From positions 4,995,223-5,059,222 of the forward strand of contig NC_092391.1 of assembly GCF_030028105.1 (NCBI RefSeq): 64,000 nucleotides of DNA, in the 5' to 3' direction. Source of the DNA: Mobula birostris. Taxonomy: Eukaryota. This document shows, in pieces, positions 26,001 to 37,977 of the stretch. The notes under the pieces were generated by a model. That model was given only the letters and a program-made list of their open reading frames with translations, was not told where the DNA came from and searched no databases. The stretch's first letter is position 1. Each line of letters opens with the position of its first letter. The position numbers were made by a program, and so were the translations under genes.

Positions 26001-26685
26001 TTCTTCAGCCACGCATTTATCTGACACCTCATTCTATTCCTATCCTCACCGTTGCGTGGCACTGGCTGTAATCTTGAGATTACTGTCCTTGAGGTCTTGC
26101 TTTTCAGCTTCCTTCCTAACTCCCTATATTTTTTTCAGGACCTCCTTCCCTTTTCAACCCATGTCATTGGTACCAATATGTACTATGACTTTTGGCAACT
26201 TGACCTCCCTTTTCGGATATTGTGAATGTGTTCAGAAACATCCCTGGCACCTGGGAGGCAAACTGCCATTAGTGTTTCCTTCTTGCATCCACAGAATCGC
26301 ATGTCTGTCGCCCTGACTATAGTGTCCCCGATTACTGCTGCCAGTTTCCTAACCTTCTGAGCCACAGGGCCAGATGAGTTATAGAGGCACGGCCACTGTT
26401 GCTTCCCCCAGGTAGGTCATCCCCCAGCAGTACTCAAAATGGAGAACTTATTGTTGAGGGGGATGGCCACAAGGGTGTTCTCCACTATCTGACATCCTCC
26501 CTTTCCTCTCCTGACAATCGCCCTTTGTCTGTCTCCTGTAGACTTGGGGTGACTACCTCCCTGCAGCTCCTGTCTATCACTGCCTCACTTTCCCTAACAA
26601 GCTGAAGGTCATCAAGCTGCAGCTTCAGTTCCCTGACATGGTCTTTAAGGAGCTGTATCTTGATGTACCTGGTGCAGTTGTATCT
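23028..26685 (-). mobile_element. Near full-length decayed CR1 LINE (ORF1 esterase; ORF2 AP endonuclease and RT)
   Basis: ORF1 VIGDTIVR...CLPGAR (GDSL/SGNH esterase); endonuclease LKVLCLNTHSIRNK...VTESWL; RT KFADDTK; C-terminus YKTLVRLHLEYC; 3' end at the cataagac repeats. Confidence 0.92.
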
Positions 26686-26754
26686 CTAAATTAAATTAAA
26701 AAGTTATTGAATTTGTGGAAAATGATACATAAACAGATAGGCAAATAACTAATC

Positions 26755-26975
26755 ATCTTCTTCATGTGCCTTGCGTGTTACACGCTTGGGCGAACATGGC
26801 TTTCCACATCGAACGATCCCATGCAGCGTCAATGTTATCTCGCACACTTAGATCTGTTAGTTTTTTCACAGTGTCCATGTATTTTCTTCTTTGCCTTCCT
26901 CTCCCACGTTTCCCAGGCATACAGCCTTGTAATGTAAGGCGTTCTATTTCTCCCTTTCTGATGACATGGCCCACT
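26755..26975 (-). mobile_element. RTE-clade LINE 3' end
   Basis: GHVIRKGEIERLTLQGCMPGKRGRGRQRRKYMD...DRSMWKAMFAQACNTQGT* followed by a short gaagaagatgat tail. Confidence 0.85.
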
Positions 26976-27616
26976 AATCTAAGGATTATAAAATGAGATT
27001 GGTGTAAGGTGATCAATAATGCAGGGACTTGGTTCAAAGAGTCTGCTTCCATGCTGTAACGTTTGGATGATGACAAAAATACAAAAGTGTGGGATTGATC
27101 GCTAAGAGGATGATGGGTAATTCCCATTTAGAACAAAATTGGGATACTGTACTGTTACCTTTGGATGAGCTTGTTAACATCAATGGAAGTGCAAACCATA
27201 AAACATAGCAGTGTTAGGCCATTCTGCCCATCGAGTCTGCTCTGCCATTCCATCATGGCTGATTTATTATCCCTCTCAATTCCATTCTCCTGCCTTCTCA
27301 TCATGTCCTTTGACAGCCTTACCAATCAAGAACCTATCAACCTCCGCTTTAAATATACCCAGTGACTTGGTTTTCACAGCTGTTTGAGGAAATGAATTTC
27401 TCTGGCTAAAGAAATTCCTCCTCATTGCTGTCCAAGTGGAATAGTGTTTAATGAAAATCATGGGAAGCTGTGTGGAGTGTTTGTGTTGTGTATTTTCGAT
27501 TATTTGTGAAATGGAGGTAATTTCTTGCCAACACGTTTAACAAAATGTTGTGGAAGTAGTTTTACTGATAACACACTTAGATTTCAGTGAGACTGGATGT
27601 GCTGATGTTATAACAA

Positions 27617-27997
27617 CTCCCTGGTTCCACTGCGGTTATCGCGGCTCCCAGGTTCCACTGCGGTTATCGCGGCTGCCAGGTTCCACTGCGGTTATCGCGG
27701 CTCCCAGGTTCCACTACGGTTAATGCGACTCCCAGGTTCCACTACGGTTAATGCGACTCCCAGGTTCCACTGTGGTTATCGCGATGCCCAGGTACCACTG
27801 CGGTTATCGCGGCTCCCTGGTTCCACTGCAGTTATCGCGGCTCCCAGGTACCACTGCGGTTATCGTGGCTCCCTGGTTCCACTGCGGTTATCGCGGCTCC
27901 CTGGTTCCACTGCGGTTATCGCGGCTCCCAGGTTCCACTGCGGTTATCGCGGCTCCCAGGTTCCACTGCGGTTATTGTGACTCCTGGGTTCCACTGC
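27617..27997. repeat. 28-bp minisatellite, about 13.6 copies
   Basis: Unit CTCCCAGGTTCCACTGCGGTTATCGCGG; 13 complete units (27617-27980) plus 17 nt, exact 28-bp period. Confidence 0.97.
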
Positions 27998-28676
27998 TTT
28001 CTCTGCTTCTCCAAAGCTCTGTTATTTTTAGCCTCATCTCCTAATGTCCAAAGTGTCAATCACAATTGGAGAACAATTCAAACAAAAACTCTGGAAATCT
28101 GGAATAAGAGAATTGCTAGACACACTCAGCAGGTCAGGAGAGAGAGAAGCAGTTCACATTTCAGGTCAAGGCTTTCACCCGGTCTGGAGTTGTGAGGAAA
28201 CGAAAGTACTTTGAATAGTCACATTGAGCCACAGTGAGTCATATTCAGTCACAGGAAGAGTGGCTTCCTATTAGGCTTTTGTAGTCGAATAAAGGCTGAG
28301 ATAGAGGGAGCATTGACCACCACTCTACTGCTTGCTGTTATTCTAATCCAGTACTGGTGAAGTTTTTGATACCGTTTGATCTTGAAAATTTATAGTGATA
28401 TTTGATAGTCCACTAATACTGTGAGAATATGATGATGTAGATTTGCATATTAACTAAAAACAAAATGATTTGTGCATTGCAGTGTGCTCTGTTTATATCA
28501 CTGAGTTTTCTCCAAGCTTTTCTAGTTGTGTTATTTCTCCAAAAGGGATGGCATGCTAACAGAACGGTTAGCATACTATTGTTACCCCTGGTAGCACATT
28601 CCACTCACCTACCATTCCATGTAAATAAAACCTTCTTCTGACATTTCCCCAATACTTCCCTCCAATCATCTTAAAA

Positions 28677-28733
28677 CAGGGGTTCCCCTATCATTAACTG
28701 AGGAGTCCATATACTCCCAGTTGGAAACCCCTG
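28677..28733. mobile_element. Tiny hAT (Charlie-like) MITE
   Basis: caggggttccc...ggaaacccctg TIRs, flanks tcttaaaa/ccttaaaa (8-bp TSD, 1 mismatch); family copies at about 2472, 21065, 32619, 45979 and 51981. Confidence 0.75.
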
Positions 28734-29102
28734 CCTTAAAATTATGCCGCCTTGTTTTAGCCATTTCTGACCTGAGAAAAAAGTCTCTGGCTGTCTATTT
28801 GATTTATGCTTCTTATCATCTAGTACACCTTTTAACCTCCTCCACAGTAATTATGCTGGAAAAATTAAAGTTACTGAGCACAGTATTCCAAATGTGTGTA
28901 CAAGGTCTTGAAAGGAGTAATAGAACTGTGTAATTTTGAGTAGCCTAATTTTAATAATGAGTTAGATTTTTTAAAGAAAATGCAGTGATTTGTTTTGTGA
29001 TCTATAGAAAACCAGATGTAGGTCTACAAAATGTATATAATATTGGGTGCGTCTGTCTGTCTTTTGGTAGCATGCTATTAAACAGCATTGTTCCTCTTCC
29101 AG

Positions 29103-29272
29103 ACAGGTTGCTTTTCATGACAACAGCAGTTGATTTGGTTGTCACTGAGGTGCAAGAGCCAGTCCGGTTCCTTCTGGAGACCAAAGTGAGAGTGTGCCCA
29201 CCTAGCGAGCGAATGTTCTGGCCCTTCAGTAAACGAAGTTATACAGAGACATTTTATTTGAAACTCAAACAG
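29103..29272 (+). CDS. RABGAP1: RABGAP1 internal coding exon (170 nt, phase 1-0)
   Basis: ttcctcttccAG acceptor, GTaact donor; [57 protein letters not shown] (inside ORF 28985..29353). Confidence 0.96.
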
Positions 29273-29334
29273 GTAACTATTTGGACATCACCTTTTGTAA
29301 TAAGAAGATATTGGGAAAGTATTGTTTGTTACTT

Positions 29335-29975
29335 GGGTGACACAGTAACATAATAGTTAGTGGAACACTATTGCAGCATCAGCGGCCTGTGTTCAGTTCC
29401 CACTGGTGTCCGTAAGGAGTTTGTACATTCACCCTGTCACCGTGTGGATTTCCTATGCTGCTCTGGTCTCACCCCCACCCCCACCCACAGTCCAAAGATG
29501 TGCAGGTTAGGGTTAGTCAGTTGTGGCCATGTTATGCTGGCGCCAGAAACATGGTGAGACTTGTTAGGCTGCCCCCAGAACATCCTTGGACTGCATTGGT
29601 TGTTGACTGAATTCCACAGTATGTTTTCATGTAAGTGTGACAAATAAAACTGATCTAATACATTGCTGAAATTTGCTATAGATTGCTTTATCAAACACAA
29701 AGCCAGTTCATATACTAGAGGGGAGCTTGACAGTGTAGAGAGGTAGAGTAGTGGTTAGTGTAACACTATTATAGTATCAGTGACCTGGTTTCAGGTTCCC
29801 ACCACTGTTTGTTAGGAGTCGGTGAGTGTGTGGGTTTCCTCCAGGTGCCCTGGTTTCCTCCCACATTCCAAAGATGTATGGGTTAGTCGGTTAATTGGTC
29901 ATGAGCGTAGTTGGGTGGCGTGGCCTAATTAGACCGGAAGGACCTGTTGCTTGCTGTATCTCCAAATATAAATAA
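29335..29975 (+). mobile_element. Two tandem V-SINE copies
   Basis: Two gtggttag/gttcc heads and gggtttcctccaggtgccctggtttcctcccac V-domains. Confidence 0.7.
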
Positions 29976-30349
29976 CAGCGAGCAAGCTTGCCCAAAAGCT
30001 CCATCCAACTAGCACGGTGATTTAGGCATCAAATCAAATTTCTTTTTTGCATTGCCTGTGGACCACAAGCTACTTTGTCAGAACATGAGCCCATGTGGGA
30101 AGGTCACAATGCTTTTGCAAGCAAGCCCTCAGTTAAAAGCCAAACATTACTAGAAAATGCTGATTTGTGAACTTTGTCCTATCGTAAGCATACCCTCAAT
30201 CTTACTTTGACTTCAGATCAGCGTGGCTGAGGTCTGGAGATCAAAAGATTTGGGTATTTTTGCTTTATTCTGTGAGTCAACATCCAATTAATTCAGCTTC
30301 CTGAAAAGCGTCTGTCTTAACTCATCCACTGCGTGCACACTTTGTGTGT

Positions 30350-30640
30350 GGAATGGTATCGTAGCAGCTAGCTAGTGCATAGGTTTTCACCATTAGCTGT
30401 AAGATTGGAGTTCGATTCCCACTGTTGCCTGAAAGGAGTTTATACCTTCTTCCCTTGACCACATGGATTTCCTGTGGATGCTCTGGTTTCCTCCCACACT
30501 CTAAAAGATACATGGTTAAGGTTAGTGAGTTGTGGGGATGCTATGTTGGTGACACTCGCAGGCTGCCCAGCACAATCTTCGCTGATTTGATTTGATGTAC
30601 ATGACATATTTAACTGATGTTAAATGTAATCTTTAATCTG
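30350..30640 (+). mobile_element. V-SINE
   Basis: gttcgattccc B box and ctctggtttcctcccac V-domain. Confidence 0.7.
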
Positions 30641-30879
30641 TTGCCACATGTATTTCACTGGTAAAACTCTTTGTGAGAGTTTACTTTGGTAGTGGTGCAC
30701 AAATGCAGATTGTACAACCTAGATTAGGAACGGTCAAATGGAACTGTGCTTTTTAATTTAGCTGATAAAAATATACTGAGTTCAGATACCTTGTGGTTTT
30801 TAACATGGAAATGTAATTAAGTCCAACTGCCGAGTTGTTGAATGTTGTTGGTTACTCAGGGTACATGGTGTATCTAGCG

Positions 30880-31416
30880 TAACACACACAAAATGCTGGA
30901 GGAACTCAGCAGGTCAGGGACCATCTATGGAGGGGAATAAACAGTCAAGGTTTTAGGCCGAGGCCTTGCATCAGGACTGAAAAGGAAGGGGGAAGATGCC
31001 AGAATAAGAAGATCAGGGGTTGGGGAAGGAGTACAAGCTGACAGGTGATAGCTGAGACCAGGTGAGAGGGGAAGATGGTTGGTTGGGGGAGAGGGCGGTG
31101 AAGTAAGAAGCTGGGAGGGGATAGGTGGAAGAGGCAAAGAAGAATGAATCTGATAGGAGAGGAGAGTGAACCATGGGAAGTTGGGAATAAGGAGGGGCAC
31201 CAGGGGGAGGTGATGGTCAGGTGAGGAGAAGAAAAGGGTAACCAAAATGGGGAATGTCAAAGGAAGAAGTGGGATGTAATACTGGAAATTAGATAACTCA
31301 ACATTCATACTGTTAGGTTGGAGGCCAGACAGACAAATACGAGGTGTTGCTCCTCCAAGCTGAGAGTGGCCTTATCATTGCAGTAAAGGAGGCCATGGAC
31401 TGGCATGTCAGAATGA
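30880..31416 (-). mobile_element. Penelope-like element 3' part (endonuclease C-terminus plus pLTR)
   Basis: HSDMPVHGLLYCNDKATLSLEEQHLVF and MNVELSNF; degenerate hammerhead cagtcCTGATGCaaggcctcggcctAAAAccttgactg. Confidence 0.85.
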
Positions 31417-31447
31417 GTATCTGAGCAACCTTTGAATTGTTTTACAG

Positions 31448-31622
31448 ATTGATCAGAAGGAAAGGAAGAGCAATAGTGATACACTGTATGAGGTTGCAAG
31501 TTTGGAAAGCGAGTCTGAGCGCGAGCGAAGAAAGACGACGGCAAGCCCAACCATGCGCTTGCCCCACTATGGGTCGCAGGGGTCCATCATCCCTTCACCA
31601 CCCGAGGATGATGAAGAGGAAG
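31448..31622 (+). CDS. RABGAP1: RABGAP1 internal coding exon (175 nt, phase 0-1)
   Basis: ttgttttacAG acceptor, GTtggt donor; IDQKERKSNSDTLYEVASLESESERERRKTTASPTMRLPHYGSQGSIIPSPPEDDEEE. Confidence 0.95.
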
Positions 31623-32204
31623 GTTGGTTCACTCAAATTCTGGGATGGCTTGTATTTCTCTCTGAAGTTTGTGCAATTAGCAATTTTATGATTTTAAAAA
31701 TCTCCTGCTTTTACAGCTGTGTCTAATGGCTTCTTTGCTACACACATGAAACACCAGTGGGTCAGGCAACATCAGTGGAGAGGAATAAACGGTGTATGTT
31801 TTGGGGCAAAACCCTTCATCAGGGTTGGTTTCTTTGCCAATAGTTCACTTGAGCATATAAATCATTTTGAAATGTAATAATAGAACCAATAAAAATTAAA
31901 CTACACCTCTCCCTTTTAGTGGCTCTTGCCCAGTGTTAACACGGATGTTGATTCAAGGATAACTTGAGCCATGCCAAATCCACACTAAAAGTGTGTTAAT
32001 GTAGGAAATAGGACAGAATTTAAGAACAGCATGGAGTTCACCTTTCATAGTTAGTGTGTTATTTGTTGTTACTGGGGAATGTTTAATACAGTCATACATC
32101 ATGGATTCGGCCCATCTCACCGATGCTGACCATGGAACCTTTAAAGCTCTTCTATTCACGTACTCATCCAAATGTCATTTTATCATGTACTCATCAAAAT
32201 GTTC

Positions 32205-32430
32205 ACCTTTTGTGAACTACGCTCCTAAACTCTGGAATTCAATACCTAAAGGACACAGACTCAGTTGATACTTTTAAACACCAGCACAAAACCCATTTAT
32301 TTAACCTTGATTTTAACTAACATATTTTTGTCTTCTATTATCACGTTTGCACTTTATTCCATTGTAAAGTACCTTGATCTACATTGTCTGTTTGAAAAGT
32401 GTTCAAATGTTGTTGTTGTTATTATTATTT
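32205..32430 (+). mobile_element. L2-clade LINE 3' fragment
   Basis: FVNYAPKLWNSIP...SVDTFK...KTHLF and a tgtaaagtaccttga tail typical of L2. Confidence 0.6.
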
Positions 32431-33740
32431 ATTGTATTGGACTCAACTATTGCTTCTGGCAGCTTATTCCACATCTCTACCACTTTCAGCCCAAGTCATT
32501 TGACTTCACAGAATGTAGCCCCTCACACTTAACCTGAACTGAAAGCCATTTGCCTAATCTCAGCCCACTTACAGTACCTATCTGTTCAAGATCCCCCTGT
32601 AATTTTTCATAACCTACATCAGGGGCTCCGGACCATTGTTTTGCCGTGGACCAATACCATTAAGCAAGAGGTCCATGGATCCCTGGTTGGGAAGTCCTGT
32701 TCTGCACTGCCTGTTTTAGTATCATCCTCAGACTCACTAACCAGGATTGTACATGAGGCATAGGTATTGACCTTGCATTTTTGTTTACTATTAGCTTTTA
32801 TCCCTTGGGGGATAAGGTTTCATACAAACCAAAAGAATCAGGATCGGGTTTAATATCGCCTGTATACATCGATAAATTTGTTGCTTTGCAACAGCATTGC
32901 AGACACTACATAATAAAAACTATAAATACAATAAGAACTGTATATAAAAATATAAATTAAATAATTAGTGCAAAAAGAGAGAGAAAATATACTGGGCAAA
33001 GTGTTCATGAATTCATTGTCCATTCAGAAATCTGATGATGGAGGGGAAGGAGCTATTTCTGAAACGTTGAGTGTGTGTCTTCAAGCTCCTGTTCTGAAGG
33101 CTGATCTGCCAAGCATATGTTTCTGCTGTTAAAGCCATTTTCAAGTCCTCCCTAATGTTTTCATTGCTGGCCACTTGCAAGTTGCTGCTGACGTGGAGCC
33201 TGTCATTGGGGAGGTTAATGTAGAGCTTGAATGGTGTTTGTTTTGTCAACCCCAGACCCCTGTCATTGTTTTATCTATTTTCTTTAAGGATTGTTCAGTT
33301 TGAAAAGATCTGTGACACTACAGTGATCAACTACCCCTAGAGAACCTCTGATGTTTTAAGCAATCAGATCTTGCATCATCTGCATTTTAAGTAGATTAGA
33401 AAGCAACTGTTGAGCAAATAATAAGTGCGGTAATAAATCAGGATCAGGTTTAATATCACTGCCACGTGTCATGGAATTTGTTGCTGTGCAGCAGCAGTAC
33501 TTTGCAATACATAATAAAAGCTATTAATTACAACAATAGGAAATATTTTTAAAAAATTAAATTGAGTAGTGCAAAAAGGAGCAAAAAAAATGGAGGTAGT
33601 GTACATGGGTTCATTGTCCATTCAGAAATCTGATGGCGGTTGGGTGGGGTGGGAATAATCAGTTCCTGAAAGTGACCATGGAACCCACCTACATTTGGCC
33701 CATATCCCTCTGAAGCTCTTCTATCCGCGTAGTTGGCTGG

Positions 33741-34095
33741 CAGGATGGAGATGCGTCTCTACCGAAGGAGGGGTATGGCGCTCCTTCCCTCTGCTGGCCT
33801 ACAGGTCACCCTTGGCAAGTTGTAGCACTGCTTAATCCTCCAATCAGGGTCATGTGAAGCCATAGGCACAGGTGGTGGATGGTGGTATAAGCAGCCGGAG
33901 CATATCACAAGTCCTGGTTATGCGACCACTGACACCCAGCAGACAATCTCTGAACTGTATTGATAATGGCTGGGGTCACCCATCTTTGCCCAGAAGAAGG
34001 AGATGGCAAACCACTTCTGTAGAAAAACTTACCAAGAACTATCGTAGTCAAAGACCATGATCACCCACGTCATACAACACAACACATAATGGTAA
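33741..34095 (+). mobile_element. RTE-tailed SINE-like element
   Basis: Full-length family member; ends atgatcacccacgtcatacaacacaacacataa. Confidence 0.7.
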
Positions 34096-35350
34096 CGATG
34101 CTGATAATCCATGTGCTCATCCAAGTGTTTGAATGTTGTTATTGTACCTGCCTGAACCACTTCCTCTGTCAGCTCATTCCATATGGCCTATATGCTGTCC
34201 TGGTTTGACTTTATGAAATGTATCATCTTGCATTTACCTAATTGAAAGCCATTTGTCAAACCGAGATTAAAGATTAAGGTTAGCTTTGTTCGTTACATGT
34301 ACGTTGAAATATATAGTAAAATGCGTTGTTTGTGTCAATGTGCTAGGCCTGTTTGGAAGTGTCGCTGTGTTTCCAGCAGCAACATAGCAGGCTTATAACT
34401 TACTAACTCTAACCTGTACATCTCTAGACTGTTGGGAGGAAACTGCAGCACACGGATGAAACCTATGTGATCACAGAGAATGTACAAACTTCTTACAGGC
34501 AGTGGCGGGAATTGAACCTAGGTCACTATTCTAGTGTCATGTGCCACCCCATTTACCTATATGATCAAAATCCCCCCTCTAATTTTTCATAACCTTCTAC
34601 ACCATCTACAACTTCACCTGTTCTAGTATCATCCTCAAACTTAACCTACCATGCCTTGTACAATCAGAATCAGGTTTAGTATCACCGGCATGTGACGTGA
34701 AATTTGTTAACTTAGCAGCAGCAGTTCAATGCAGTACATAATCTAGCAGAGAGAAAGAAAATAATCCAAATTGTTTATATAAATAACAAACAACAAAGTT
34801 CTCAGCATAGCCCTATAGAATGTAACTAGTGACAGGCCTGAGATCCCAGCACTGCCCCATGGCACATGACTGATGACAGGCCTGCAGTCTGAGAAATGAC
34901 ATTGGACTATCATTTTCTGCTTCCTACCCTTGAGCCAATTTCAAATCCAATTAGTGTTCTCTCCCGGGATCCCATGCCGTCTTACCTTCTGGATTAGATT
35001 GCCATGAAGGACCTCATTAAAGGCCTTGTTAAAGTTCATCGAGACAATGTCTACTGCCCTACCCTGGTTAGCTCTTCAAAAAAGTACTTAAGTGATCTGT
35101 CAGACACAGTTTCCCACATACAAAGCATGCTGGCTATCCTTAATCAGATCATGCTTATCCAAATGTTGATAGATCATATCCCTCACAATCCTCTATAATA
35201 ATTTATCCAGCACACACATCAGACTCACTTGCTTAGTTTCTGGATCAGAAAAACAATATTTAACATTTTGGCATTCATAAGTCAGTAGGATTTTGGTAAA
35301 TGGAAGGAAAGTCATTTTCACGCATTTAGTTCTGTACTCTCTTTCTTCAG

Positions 35351-35444
35351 ATAACGATGAGCCTCTCCTGAGTGGCTCTGGTGATGTGTCCAAAGAATGT
35401 GGTGAAAAGATTTTGGAGACTTGGGGTGATCTACTGTCAAAATG
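35351..35444 (+). CDS. RABGAP1: RABGAP1 internal coding exon (94 nt, phase 1-2)
   Basis: ctttcttcAG acceptor, GTgagt donor; DNDEPLLSGSGDVSKECGEKILETWGDLLSK(W). Confidence 0.96.
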
Positions 35445-35741
35445 GTGAGTAGGAACACCATCTTTGAGATGTGTTGAAGTTTCTATGATGGAGTTGTTTA
35501 GTCTGGTTTAGAAATCAGTATCTGTGGAATCAGCTTGATTTTAAAATATTGCAGTTTTGTTCAGAATGTTTATGTGGGTGTTGCAGAAATTTCCAGATTT
35601 AAACTTGGCAAATATGCTCAGCAAATGATGGAGAAGGGTTAGGGGGCTTGATGGCCTGCTCATTTTCTTGTGTTCCGAAAGAACCTTGACTCCCCAATAC
35701 AAGGGCATTTTCTCTTGTCTCTTTGTCATGTATTTCAGCAG

Positions 35742-36730
35742 AACACATAGAAAAATAGAAAATAGATGCAGGATTAGGCCATTTGGCCCTTCGAGCCTGC
35801 ACCACCATTCAGTATGATCATGGCTGATCATCCAACTCAGAACCCTGTAACTGCCTTCTCTCCATACCCCCGATCCCTTTAGCCACAAGGGCCATATCTA
35901 ATTCCCTCTTAAATATAGTCAGTGAACTGGCCTCAACTGTTTCCTGTGGCAGAGAATTCCACAGATTCACCCACTCTCCGTGTGAAGAAGTTTTTCCTCA
36001 TCTCAGTCCTAAAAGGCTTCCCCTTTATCCTCAAACTGTCACCCCTCGTTCTGGACTTCCCCAACATCGGGAACAATCTTTCTGCATCTAGCCTGTCCAA
36101 TCCCTTTAGAATTTTATATGTTTCAATAAGATCCCCCCTCAATCTTCTAAATTCCAGCGAGTATAAGCCTAGTCGATCCAGTCTTTCATCACATGAAAGT
36201 CCTGCCATCCCAGGAATCAATCTGGTGAACCTTCTTTGTACTCCCTCTATGGCAAGAATGTCTTTCCTCAGATTAGGGGACCAAAACTGCACACAATACT
36301 CCAGGTGTGGTCTCACCAAGGCCTTGTACAACTGCAGTAGTACCTCCCTGCTCCTGTACTCGAATCCTCTTGCTATGAATGCCAGCATACCATTCGCCTT
36401 TTTCACCGCCTGCTGTACCTGCATGCCCACTTTCAATGACTGGTGTACAATGACACCCAGGTCTCGTTGCACCTCCCCTTTTCCTAATCGGCCACCATCA
36501 GATAATAATCTGTTTTCCTGTTCTTGCTACTAAAATGGATAACCTCACATTTATCTACATTAAATTGCACCTGCCATGAATTTGCCCACTCACCTAACCT
36601 ATCCAAATCATCCTGCATCGTCTTAGCATCCTCCTCACAGCTGACACTGCTGCCCAGCTTCGTGTCATCCGCAAACTTGGAGATGCTGCATTTAATTCCC
36701 TCGTCTAAATCATTAATATATATTGTAAAC
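35742..36730 (-). mobile_element. Young 5'-truncated CR1 LINE
   Basis: Long open RT C-terminal frames 36484..36777 (KFADDTK) and 35933..36472 (LYKALVRPHLEYCVQFW); CpGs retained; 3' end at aacacatagaaaaatagaa. Confidence 0.93.
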
Positions 36731-36774
36731 ACATCTTTATTTAATCTTAATTCAGTGGAAATGATCTTGCTACT

Positions 36775-37260
36775 CATAATCAGGCTTATTATCAGTGATG
36801 TAAGTTGTGAAATGGGTTGTTACGAGGCAGCGATACAGTACAATACCAAAAAAATTACGATGTTACAATAAGAGAGCAAAGTAGCAAGGTAGTGTTCATG
36901 GACCATTCAGAAATTTGATGGTGGAGGATAAGCTGTACTGAAGACATTGAGTGTGTTTCTTCGGGCTCCTTTACTTCCTCCAAGATGGTAGCAGTGAGAA
37001 GAGGGCATGTTCTAGATGGTGAGAATCCTTAATGATGAATGCTGCCTTTTTGAGGTGCCTCCTTATGAAGGTGTCCTTGATGATGGGGAGGATGTGCCCA
37101 GGATGCAGCCCTTTTAGAGCCTACCATACCAGACAGCGATGCAACCAGTCAGAATGCTCTACACAGTGCATCTGGGAAAATTGCGAGTGGCTTTGGTAAC
37201 ATACCAAATCTCCTCAAACTCTTAATGAAGCATAGCTGCTGGTGTGCATTCTTCATAATT
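36775..37260 (-). mobile_element. Rex1/Babar LINE 3' fragment
   Basis: aatcaggcttattatcagtga terminus; gaagagggcatgttctagatggtgagaatccttaatgatg (KDSHHL.HALF) region. Confidence 0.7.
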
Positions 37261-37317
37261 CCTTAAAAGTAGATTTTCCTCTCACATTGAAATTTTGCAA
37301 GTGTTTGCCTATTTTTT

Positions 37318-37977
37318 TTAGATTAGATTATGAGGACTCTCAGTCCTCGTTTATTGTCATTTAGAAATGCATGCATTAAAAAAATGATACAATGTTCCCC
37401 CAGTATGATACCACAGAAACACAAGACGGACCAAGACTAAAACCGACAAAAACCACATAATTATAACACATAGTTTCAACAGCGCAAAGCAATACTGTAA
37501 TTCGATAAGAGCAGACCATGGGCACGGTAAAAAAAAAGTCTCAAAGTCCCGATAGCCCATCATCTCATGCAGACGGTAGAAGGAAGAAAAACTCTCCCTG
37601 CCATGAACCTCCAGCGCTGCAAACTTGCCGATGCAGCATCCTGGAAGCATCCGACCACAGTCTGACTCTTGAGTCCGTCAGAAAACTTCGAGCCTCCGAC
37701 CAGCTCTCCGACACATCTCTGCCAAGTGCTTCGACCGTGGCCCCGGCCGCCAGGCAACAAGCAAAGCCGAGGACTCGGGGCCTTCCCCTCCGGAGATTTC
37801 GGATCACACAGTAGTGGCGGCAGTGAAGCAGGCATTTCAGAAGTTTCACCAGATGTTCCTCCGTACTCTCACATCTGCCTCCATCAAATCAGAATTGTGC
37901 ATGGTATCCTACTTGGCAGATAACAGATATCATCACCGGAGAGGCCGCGCGCGCTGTGTCGCACAGCCATCTTCTCC
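37318..37977 (-). mobile_element. Young, apparently complete non-autonomous non-LTR element
   Basis: Minus strand starts GGAGAAGATGGC, has a CpG-rich body, and ends AATAAA, 7-bp stem-loop GAGGACT-gag-AGTCCTC and a (TAATC)n tail. Confidence 0.65.

Noticed and set aside
27617-27997. CRISPR-like array (28-bp repeat)
   Set aside because: Units are head-to-tail with no unique spacers, there are no cas genes and the context is a vertebrate intron; the overlapping ORFs are just repeat translations.
29101-29106. Alternative acceptor (ccAGacAG, +4 nt)
   Set aside because: It would shift the frame; only the first AG gives the conserved D-R/K junction.
35922-36533. 203-aa + strand ORF as a novel gene
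   Set aside because: It is the antisense shadow of the young CR1 RT C-terminal frame on the minus strand.
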